The position numbers and the translations under genes were made by a program. Below are positions 1 to 8,045 of a stretch of DNA of 45,733 nucleotides, in pieces (position 1 is the stretch's first letter; the number at the start of each line of letters is the position of its first letter). This DNA comes from Thermoplasmatales archaeon ex4484_6 (lineage in GTDB: Archaea; Thermoplasmatota; Penumbrarchaeia; Penumbrarchaeales; Penumbrarchaeaceae). Below the pieces are notes generated by a model. The model worked only from the letters and a program-made list of their open reading frames with translations. It searched no databases and was not told the origin of the DNA. The DNA is taken from contig NJDO01000001.1 in assembly GCA_002254385.1 (NCBI GenBank), positions 1 to 45,733 of the forward strand, read 5' to 3'.

Positions 1-337
1 GTCATGGACTTGTCAACACTTCTAGCTTTCGGCTGGAAGGTTCCATGATCCGCTATTCATTTCCTATCTTGCAGGTTGCAACACCATGTATTATAATACC
101 AATATAATGAAAGCATTTCATTTAGATCCTGTCTCTTCGACTTAAACGCACAAAAGGAAGAAGGGAGGATCGGAGAGCCTTCCCGGGAAATCGCGAAGAG
201 CAGGAGGGGAGCTCGGAGGGATCGGATGAATAGGGAAGGTGAGCGAGCCCGGTTCACTCGATGATATCGTATCCTGTCAGTTTATCCATTCAGCAAAGTA
301 TATATCAATAATATCTCTACAACGGAGCTGAGGGCCC

Positions 338-1030
338 ATGAAGGTTAGCGTTGTGATCCCGACCCTGAACGAGGAGGATTCCATCGGTCAGACCCTGGAC
401 CAGATACCCAGGATGGAGGATATGGAGATCCTCATAGTGGATGGTCTCTCCACCGACAGGACCCGGGAGATAGCCGTATCCAGGGGGGCAAGGGTTGTGG
501 AGGAGAAAAGGAGGGGTTACGGTAGGGCCTACAAGACCGGCTTCAAGGAAGCTCTCGGCGACATCATAGTGACAATGGACGGGGACACCACATACCCCGC
601 GGAGCTCGTCCCCGAACTCGTGAGGACCCTTGAGGAGGAGAACCTCGATTTCATCTCCTGCGACAGGATAAGGAAAGCGGAGAAGGGTGCGTTCACCCCC
701 ACCCATGCCCTGGGCAACTGGATACTGAAGGTCACGACGAACATACTCTTCGGTCTTCACCTCAACGATTCCCAGACGGGGATGTGGTGCTTCCGAAAGA
801 GTATTTTGAAGAAGATGACGATAACATCTGACGGCATGCCCCTCTCCGAGGAGATAAAGATAGAGGCTTTTCGCCATCCTGAAATAAAGGCAAGGGAGAT
901 CTCCGTCCCGTATCGTGTAAGGGTGGGAGAGAAGGCGCTGAACACATGGAAGGACGGGCTGAGGAACGAGATGTTCCTGCTCAGGAAGCGGTTCCGCCCT
1001 TCAAAACTCGGTCCCGGGGAGAGCTTCTGA
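338..1030 (+). CDS. GT2 glycosyltransferase (polyprenol-phosphate hexose synthase/DPM1-like)
   Basis: N-terminal VSVVIPTLNEE, IVDGLSTDRT, RGYGRA, MDGD (DxD), DSQTG; TATA-like AAAGTATATA about 35 nt upstream. Confidence 0.9.
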   Translation: MKVSVVIPTLNEEDSIGQTLDQIPRMEDMEILIVDGLSTDRTREIAVSRGARVVEEKRRGYGRAYKTGFKEALGDIIVTMDGDTTYPAELVPELVRTLEEENLDFISCDRIRKAEKGAFTPTHALGNWILKVTTNILFGLHLNDSQTGMWCFRKSILKKMTITSDGMPLSEEIKIEAFRHPEIKAREISVPYRVRVGEKALNTWKDGLRNEMFLLRKRFRPSKLGPGESF

Positions 1031-1036
1031 GATCCG

Positions 1037-1270
1037 TCAGATCTCCACTCCGGGGATGGTCATTGTCTCCTCCACACCGGGAATCGTACGTATCTTCTCG
1101 AGAACTATCCGGGATATTTCCGGCAGGTCCCTTCCCTCTATCTTCGCGATCAGGTCGAATTCCCCGAAAAGGGGGATGAGCTCCTTTATCTCCTCCAATT
1201 TCATCAGGGTCCTGTATGTCTGAACCTCCGTCCTGGGATGTGTCTTGATGAAAATGAACCCTATGACCAT
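1037..1270 (-). CDS. Stand-alone Lrp/AsnC ligand-binding (RAM) domain protein
   Basis: MVIGFIFIK...LFGEFDLIAKIE...KIRTIPGVEETMT matches the AsnC C-terminal domain; no HTH; start placed at ATG 1270 because the domain begins there. Confidence 0.85.
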   Translation of the reverse strand: MVIGFIFIKTHPRTEVQTYRTLMKLEEIKELIPLFGEFDLIAKIEGRDLPEISRIVLEKIRTIPGVEETMTIPGVEI

Positions 1271-1427
1271 GCGTACATGCATTCGATACATGATAGATAA
1301 TCGAACCGGTCAATTGTATCGGTTCGGATGGAATTCTTTCGGATCCGTGGAGGATGTCTGCTCTTTTCGCGGAATGTTTAATATCACTCCTATACCATCC
1401 GAATGGTAGTTCCGGGAGGGAAATGCC

Positions 1428-4400
1428 GTGAAGAGTTTACGATATTCCGTTCTTCTGATGGTCCTTGTTCTGGCCGCCGTCGATCTTGGTCTGCCCGCCT
1501 CATCCGATATGGTATCACATGAAAGGGGGAGCCCGGCAAGGGAGCTCTCCCCGTCCGGACCGATACGGATCGAAAGCGATACGGATTTCAACGCGACCGC
1601 TGCTGCGGAGGGATGGCCCGGTAACGGTTCTCCCGATTCACCATACATCATCGAGAACCTCGATATAGATGCGAACGGAGCCGATAATGCCGTGATGATC
1701 AGCAATACAACTTATGATTTCATCATCAGGAACTGCATAATGAGAGGGGCAGGATCGAATGGATATCGGATCGGCGCGGGTATGGGCATTCTGATCGATA
1801 ACGTTCTGAACGGAACTATCGAATCGAATGAATTCGTGGACAACCTGAATGGAGGAATATATCTTCGCAACTCCAGGAAGATGATCGTGAGGAACTGCAC
1901 GGTATCGGGGGACGAGGGATACATTGGCCTGGTCGGAGAGGCCCTGCAAGAGGTAAGGATAGAGGACTGCAGCTTCCGGCTCAGCCATGGAAACGGTATA
2001 TTCGTATCTTCCTCGTCCAGCATCATACTGAAGAACAACCATATCCCCCGGCCGCTCGAATACGGTATGAGCATCCGTTCAAGTTCGGATATGCTGCTGC
2101 AGGAGAATACTATCGGTAGTGGCGATCGTTTTTCCCTGCTTCTTTACATGGTTGTGAACAGCAGGATGTACTCGAACCGTCTTCTCGGGACCAGGTTGTC
2201 TGTCTCGATATTCCCTCCGTTCTTCGGAACACTGGAGATCCCCCCTAACAATACGGTTGACGGGGCTCCGATCTACTTCTTCAAGAACGGCGATTTCTCG
2301 GGGGAAAGGGTTCCCCTGGATGCGGGCCAGGTCATAATTCTGAACGTGACGGGGTTGGAGGTTGCCGGGCTTCGTTTTCACGGGTCCGGTAATGCAGTGA
2401 CCATTTCGTCATCATCAGGGATCCTTCTGGATTCCAATATCTATGAAGGAATTGATTCTCCCGTCTACTCGGAAGCCGTTATTATTGCCCAAACGATCGA
2501 TGGCCTTGTAATAAGGAACCAATCGATGACCGACATCGGGATTTACGGGATCGATCTGATCGAATGCAACGATGTCCGGATAGAGGAATGCATGTTCGAG
2601 AACGTATCGACTCCGATCCGGGCGTCCGGTGGTGGGAACCTTTCCGTGTGGAACAACACGATGAACGGGTCCGACCAGGGCGTTCGTCTTGAAAGGGTTG
2701 AGGATGTCCTCCTGGCTTCGAATCATGTAAAGGGATTCTCATCAGCGGGGATGTATGCAAACAGCTGCCTGAAGCTGAACGTGACCAATAACACTCTAAC
2801 TGGAGACGATAACCTTCATGACGGGTCCTCTGGTATCCGCATTGTTACATCGAAAGATATTCTCCTTTCCGAAAATACGGTGGAACGTGCTGGTAGAGGG
2901 ATCGTTATCTCGGGGGATCTTTTTATCCTCTCTTCCGGGATCCGGGTTTTCTCTAACATCATCCGGGACATGAACGGAACCGGACTGGAGATAATTATGT
3001 CGAGGGATTGCCTCGTCCGATCGAATCTGTTCTTCAATAATTCCGCCTTCGGAACGAGTCTTTCCGATGTGGAGAATGCAACAATGCTTTCGAACACCTT
3101 CATCGCGAATAATGGTGCAGGCGAGGAGTATTCCACATTGACCATACAGGCGTCCCAGCAGGGAAGCTCCTGCGTCTGGTCCGTCGATGGAAGAGGCAAT
3201 CACTGGAGCGATTGGACATCACCCGATGAGGACTTGGACGGCATAGTGGACCTCCCTTACCTCATATTCGGTTCGACCGTGTACGACGAATACCCGGTCA
3301 CGGAACCCATGTTCACATTTCTATCGGCACCCTCCTCCTTTGAGGTCCTTAGCGGAAGGGATTCCGTCGAGCTTCATTTTTCCAGGCCGGTCTTCGATCT
3401 TGATGGGTCCTTTTACGGATACCTGGTATTCAGAAGTACCGGGGAGGAGGGGAACTGGACATCCATGTTCCTCGGGTCCTCCCGAACCATGTTCCTGGAC
3501 GAGGACGTGGAGGACGGCCAGGTCTACCATTACTACATGAGAGCACTGAACAGGTACGGAGAGGGAAATAGGACCCGCATCCTAACCGCTGTACCGGATT
3601 CCTCCCCTCCCGCCGTGACCATCATTTCACCCGAAGAGGGAGCCGTGGAAGGAAATGCGGAAGTGGACGTATCCTGGAATATGACGGACAATATCGGGGT
3701 GACGGAGGTTCTCATCTCCCTGGACGGCGGTGCAATGATGGATGCGGGTTTGGGAACAAGCTTCCATCTATCGAACCTTACGGAGGGCCCCCACTCGGTT
3801 CGGATCCTTGTATTTGACGCCCTGATGAACAACGCCTCGGCCATTGTAAATTTCACGGTGGACATATCCCCTCCCGGGGTCGTCATACTGCAGCCCCGGA
3901 ACGGGACCGTTCTCAACATGACCGTGATCCATGTTCGATGGGACGGCACCGATGATGTCTCGAAAATATCCCGCTATCTCCTGAAACTTGACGACGGCCC
4001 GTGGTCCGATATGGGGAATTCCACCGAGGCCGATGTGGATGCGGGATCTCCTGGCATTCATGTTGTCCGGTTGAAGGCAGTGGACGTGGCCGGTCATGAA
4101 TACACGGCTGCGGTGGAGGTCCTCGTGGACATTGCTCCACCGGAGCTTTTCATCTCCTACCCGCCCGACGGATACAGCACGACCTCCTCGACGGTGAAGA
4201 TCTTCTGGGTGGCATATGACAGGGACAGTGCCATGGCCTCTTTCGAGCTCCGTCTCGACGGTGAGCTTGTCGGGGAGCTGCCGGCCGGTGCATCCAACCA
4301 TACCCTGACCGGTCTGACCGTGGGCAGCCATATCCTGATGTTGAGCGGTCGGGACATCGCGGGAAACATGAGGACGTCGATCATCAGCTTCGAGGTCATC

Positions 4401-4826
4401 GAAGAGGTGCATGAAGCCGAACTCGTGGTGATATCCGGCCGAATTGTTGACAGCGATGGCAATCCCGTAGGTGGTGCCAGGATAGAGTCGGGTACCGGTG
4501 AGGGTGCGATCAGCGATTCCGGGGGATACTTCTTCATCGAAATGGAGAGGGGTATCGTGACCCTCACCATCACCAGGAAGGGATACAAGGATGTGTACAT
4601 CAATATCGACGCCAGATACGATGGCAATGAATCATTGGATGACATCGTGATGGAGAAGGAGAGGGAAGAGGACAATGATTCAGCATTGGTTGAATTATTC
4701 CGTTCCAATACATACTGCCAGGTCTGCTGCGGGGCGTTGATAATCGTTCCGATCTTTCTCATGCTCCTGGGACTTCTTGCACGGTCCAGGTCGAGATCAA
4801 GGAAGAGAAGGGAATATGAGGAATAG
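1428..4826 (+). CDS. Secreted, membrane-anchored right-handed beta-helix (NosD-like) + FN3 + Ig-like + CarboxypepD-reg-like surface protein
   Basis: Signal peptide; GWPGNGSPDSPYII; parallel beta-helix repeats; GNHWSDW..D.D.DGIVD.PY; FN3-like (YHYYMRALN); D..PP.V.I..P Ig repeats; C-terminal TM then RSRSRSRKRREYEE; GGGAGG before GTG start. Confidence 0.85.
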   Translation: MKSLRYSVLLMVLVLAAVDLGLPASSDMVSHERGSPARELSPSGPIRIESDTDFNATAAAEGWPGNGSPDSPYIIENLDIDANGADNAVMISNTTYDFIIRNCIMRGAGSNGYRIGAGMGILIDNVLNGTIESNEFVDNLNGGIYLRNSRKMIVRNCTVSGDEGYIGLVGEALQEVRIEDCSFRLSHGNGIFVSSSSSIILKNNHIPRPLEYGMSIRSSSDMLLQENTIGSGDRFSLLLYMVVNSRMYSNRLLGTRLSVSIFPPFFGTLEIPPNNTVDGAPIYFFKNGDFSGERVPLDAGQVIILNVTGLEVAGLRFHGSGNAVTISSSSGILLDSNIYEGIDSPVYSEAVIIAQTIDGLVIRNQSMTDIGIYGIDLIECNDVRIEECMFENVSTPIRASGGGNLSVWNNTMNGSDQGVRLERVEDVLLASNHVKGFSSAGMYANSCLKLNVTNNTLTGDDNLHDGSSGIRIVTSKDILLSENTVERAGRGIVISGDLFILSSGIRVFSNIIRDMNGTGLEIIMSRDCLVRSNLFFNNSAFGTSLSDVENATMLSNTFIANNGAGEEYSTLTIQASQQGSSCVWSVDGRGNHWSDWTSPDEDLDGIVDLPYLIFGSTVYDEYPVTEPMFTFLSAPSSFEVLSGRDSVELHFSRPVFDLDGSFYGYLVFRSTGEEGNWTSMFLGSSRTMFLDEDVEDGQVYHYYMRALNRYGEGNRTRILTAVPDSSPPAVTIISPEEGAVEGNAEVDVSWNMTDNIGVTEVLISLDGGAMMDAGLGTSFHLSNLTEGPHSVRILVFDALMNNASAIVNFTVDISPPGVVILQPRNGTVLNMTVIHVRWDGTDDVSKISRYLLKLDDGPWSDMGNSTEADVDAGSPGIHVVRLKAVDVAGHEYTAAVEVLVDIAPPELFISYPPDGYSTTSSTVKIFWVAYDRDSAMASFELRLDGELVGELPAGASNHTLTGLTVGSHILMLSGRDIAGNMRTSIISFEVIEEVHEAELVVISGRIVDSDGNPVGGARIESGTGEGAISDSGGYFFIEMERGIVTLTITRKGYKDVYINIDARYDGNESLDDIVMEKEREEDNDSALVELFRSNTYCQVCCGALIIVPIFLMLLGLLARSRSRSRKRREYEE

Positions 4827-4884
4827 GGAGAGCGGTTAATCAAATCAGATAATAATAAATAAGAAAAGCAACTTGCCACAAAAG

Positions 4885-4965
4885 CCCCGCCGGATATTCG
4901 TCGTATCCATTTCGCGGGGAAGACAGGGAGATGTGCCCTGAAAGGGGTGAATCCAAAGGAAGTGA
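4885..4965 (+). promoter_or_regulatory. Structured 5' leader of rpl15e (candidate eL15 ribosomal leader)
   Basis: Stem CCCCGC(4885-4890)/GCGGGG(4914-4919) enclosing GGATA/TATCC; second hairpin CAGGG/CCCTG or CCCT-GAAA-GGGG; lies between an AT-rich promoter (about 4850-4866) and ATG 4971. Confidence 0.55.
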
Positions 4966-4970
4966 TCCGC

Positions 4971-5585
4971 ATGTCGAAATCGGTTTATGGTTATATTTCC
5001 GAAGCATGGAAGAGACCCTATGATGGCGAGATGAAAGAGCTGAACCGTCAGAGGTTGATAGAGTGGAGGCACGGTCCGACCTTTGAGAGGGTGGACCGCC
5101 CCCTGCGGCTGGACCGCGCAAGGGCCCTGGGTTACAGGGCCAAGCAGGGCTATGTCATCGTAAGGGCCAAGGTAAGGAAGGGTTCCCTCAGGAAGAGGGC
5201 CATTCGAAAGGGTCGAAGGGCCAAGCGAAGGGGTCTTATCAGGATGAGGGTCAACAAGAATCTCCAGAGGATAGCCGAGGAGAGGGTGGCAAAACGCCAT
5301 TCGAACATGGAGGTCCTCAATTCCTATCTGGTTGGAGAGGACGGGAAGCACAAATTCTATGAGGTCATACTCGTGGACCCCCATCACCCCGCGATAGTCA
5401 AGGATCCCAAGATGGGATGGATCCACGAGGTCCAGCATACCGGAAGGGTCTACAGGGGCCTCACGTCCGCCGGAAAGAAGAGCAGGGGTCTGAGGAACAA
5501 GGGCATTGGTGCAGAGAAGAACAGACCCTCCGTGGCAAGGCACAAGCACAGAAAGAGACCCGGGAAGAAGGTCAGATTCAGCTGA
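4971..5585 (+). CDS. rpl15e: 50S ribosomal protein eL15
   Basis: RLDRARALGYRAKQG, IAEERV, LNSYLVGEDG, YEVILVDP, GRVYRGLTSAGKKSRGL; start MSKSVYGY at 4971. Confidence 0.98.
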   Translation: MSKSVYGYISEAWKRPYDGEMKELNRQRLIEWRHGPTFERVDRPLRLDRARALGYRAKQGYVIVRAKVRKGSLRKRAIRKGRRAKRRGLIRMRVNKNLQRIAEERVAKRHSNMEVLNSYLVGEDGKHKFYEVILVDPHHPAIVKDPKMGWIHEVQHTGRVYRGLTSAGKKSRGLRNKGIGAEKNRPSVARHKHRKRPGKKVRFS

Positions 5586-5596
5586 TCCGTGGATGA

Positions 5597-7096
5597 TCAA
5601 ACGAGTCGTTCCGGGCACTGGTCCCTTCTGGAGCAGTGCCTGCATTTCCCCTCTCGCTCATGGTTCCTGTGAGCCTCTCCCGTCCTCTCGGCCTCCCTTA
5701 TCTCCGAAACCTTGGAGAGAACCATCGCTTTCAGAAGCATGTCCCATTCCACTTTATGCCTGGTCCTGTTTCCGTTGGGCGGAACGTACTCGATGTAACC
5801 GTAAGGGGTTTCCTGATGGATGTTCACATCTATGAGCAGCAGGTAGACACCCAGCTGCATCACATGGCTGAAGTGGGGTTTGACAGGTGCCCGTCCGGTC
5901 TTTATCTCGACAGGGATCATCTTTCCGTGTTCCTCGATTATTATATCCGGGGAACCCACGAGATAATGCTTCTTCGAGGTAAGGGGTTTCCCCCTCATTC
6001 CCGAACCGATGTCATCCGCCATTTTCACGTGTGAGTTCACCGGCAGGCCGGCCGCTCCTTTGGCATCGTGGGCTTCCCGGTCGTATCTAGCTCCCTTGAC
6101 GAGGAAGAATACGGCCCCGATCAACCACAATCCGGCCATGATAATGCTTATCATGCCATAGTCCTCGAGATGTTCTCCCCTGGCAAGGAATGCCATCACC
6201 ATGAAGATCGAGGCCACGAGCGCCATCGTTGTCACGGGCAGGCTGCCCTTTCTACCTTTGCCACCCGCATTCACTCCCTTTCTCGACATCCGGATGATGT
6301 CAAAGACGAGAGCCCCCAGGAACCAAACGAGGGACAGGGAGAGGAACACCCATCCGAACGTTCCGTTCGGGTCTATCCTGTCGGACCATATTATGAAAAG
6401 AACGGAGATGGATACGACGAGCATGAGCACGAGCGGCATTCCAATGCTCAGCTCCCTTTTTTCCCTGCCTGTCTTTCTTGCACGGATGAACGAGGCAAAA
6501 TACACTATGAGAACACCGTAAAGGAACAGCAGCGAGGTTGTCAGTACGGTGACTATGATATCATTCGGCATTCCGAGTGGGCGAAGGAGTACCACCCCGT
6601 TGATGAGCAGTATCAGGCCCAGCACGTAGGAGAGGACCGGAAGGAATCTCCCCGTGCTCCTGCTGAATTCCATTCTCCTGATCGTATTTATGAATCCGGT
6701 CATCGGGCCTTTTCTTCCGGAAAAAGGGGTCAGAATGTATATGGTCGTGGAGATGAGCAGCAGCAGAATGGAAACGATGATGACAACGATCCTCCACAAA
6801 GTTCCTTTCAGGAATCCGACATTGGTGAGGAGTATGAGGAGAAATGCCATCATGATGATGATGGCGGAGAATGAGAGGAATGCCATTGTGATGGTCCGTG
6901 CCTTCCTCGATTCCTCCTCGCGGGATATTATTCGGGTGATCTCCCTCCCGATCCGCTCATGGGCCTTTCTGCCCTCCGTCAAAGGTATGGAAGAGCCGGT
7001 TCTTCCCTGCCTCTCGATCAGCCAGGAAACGGGACAGTAGGACCATCTCTCGACCTCGGATGCCGAGATAAGCCTGTCGGGATCCCATTCTGCCAT
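5597..7096 (-). CDS. Solo Cas4-like PD-(D/E)XK Fe-S nuclease with an inserted multi-pass (about 8 TM) membrane domain
   Basis: N-terminal ISASEVERWSYCP and GRKAH; C-terminal GSPD, EIK, QLGVY, CRHCSRRDQC; 8 hydrophobic segments between; TATATA about 25 nt upstream of ATG 7096. Confidence 0.85.
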   Translation of the reverse strand: MAEWDPDRLISASEVERWSYCPVSWLIERQGRTGSSIPLTEGRKAHERIGREITRIISREEESRKARTITMAFLSFSAIIIMMAFLLILLTNVGFLKGTLWRIVVIIVSILLLLISTTIYILTPFSGRKGPMTGFINTIRRMEFSRSTGRFLPVLSYVLGLILLINGVVLLRPLGMPNDIIVTVLTTSLLFLYGVLIVYFASFIRARKTGREKRELSIGMPLVLMLVVSISVLFIIWSDRIDPNGTFGWVFLSLSLVWFLGALVFDIIRMSRKGVNAGGKGRKGSLPVTTMALVASIFMVMAFLARGEHLEDYGMISIIMAGLWLIGAVFFLVKGARYDREAHDAKGAAGLPVNSHVKMADDIGSGMRGKPLTSKKHYLVGSPDIIIEEHGKMIPVEIKTGRAPVKPHFSHVMQLGVYLLLIDVNIHQETPYGYIEYVPPNGNRTRHKVEWDMLLKAMVLSKVSEIREAERTGEAHRNHEREGKCRHCSRRDQCPERLV

Positions 7097-7440
7097 TGTT
7101 TTCAATAGAGAAGGGGGGGCATATATATCGTTTTGTCATTTTTCCATCCCATGTGAATAAGCCCGTCCAGCAAGTGATCCTGCTGAATACCTGCATGCGG
7201 CGGTCGAACGACCTCGAATGCCGGTGTTCCTAATGCTCGCTCGATGTCTGATATACCCGGGATCGGGGGGAAAGATGGACCTGTCATGAATTCCTGCCAG
7301 CAACTCGTTCGGACATCCGGATCATTCGATACTTCATGGATCTTGTTCTTCATACCTGCGGGGCCGTGAAAACGTAGGTACCGGCAGCTCCGGACATGAA
7401 TCAGGAAAACAATTATTATCAATCAGGATTGTTGACACTC

Positions 7441-7914
7441 ATGGATCGGACAAGGTTTCTTTCCTTCTCGATACTGTCCGTTTTTCTTATCACAATCATC
7501 GTCATAGGTGTGTTCCTCCATTATCCTTTGAATCTCATCGTTGATGGGATCGCCCTTGCAGTGGTCGGAATTGCCGCCCTTGTCTATATTGTGATATGGT
7601 CCTTCCTGGGAGACAGGATAGTCGTACATGATGACCACATGAAGGTGATGACGAGGAGATTTCCCATATGGTCGATCAAGGAAAGAGTGATCTACTTCCA
7701 TGAGGTGTCCCATTACATTGTTAACGGCTCCGATATGATACTGCTCACGAAAAAGGAGGATATCTTTCATATTTACAAACCGGAATCGGAGAAAGGAATG
7801 AGGATCCACGATCTTCCGGCAATCATGGAGAGGAAGGGGATTACAAGGATGGCCTACAAGGACTTCATAAAAAAGAAGAGCGGGAAAAAGGGCAGCTACA
7901 TGACGAAGATCTGA
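7441..7914 (+). CDS. Hypothetical membrane protein (2 N-terminal TMs + soluble beta-rich, possibly PH-like domain)
   Basis: Two hydrophobic helices then RIVVHDDHMKV..KERVIYFHEV; TTATTAT about 25 nt upstream of ATG 7441 (ORF track starts at 7396). Confidence 0.65.
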   Translation: MDRTRFLSFSILSVFLITIIVIGVFLHYPLNLIVDGIALAVVGIAALVYIVIWSFLGDRIVVHDDHMKVMTRRFPIWSIKERVIYFHEVSHYIVNGSDMILLTKKEDIFHIYKPESEKGMRIHDLPAIMERKGITRMAYKDFIKKKSGKKGSYMTKI

Positions 7915-8045
7915 TAGTTCGAGATGCCATCAATCCAAACGGCTCGTCTTGAGAATAATATGGCAAATTTTTGTACATTCATCCCGGAATCCGCATCCAT
8001 TAAATATCATTTAACTGATGATATTCATCAAACGGGGGAAAAGCA

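Noticed and set aside
1..50. Possible hairpin (TCATGGA/TCCATGA outer stem, CTTCTAGC/GCTGGAAG inner stem)
   Set aside because: At the window edge; no recognisable tRNA, 5S, SRP or IS-end features; cannot be assigned without upstream sequence
5597..7440. CRISPR-Cas locus suggested by the Cas4-like gene
   Set aside because: No repeat-spacer array or other cas gene in the flanking intergenic regions or elsewhere in the window
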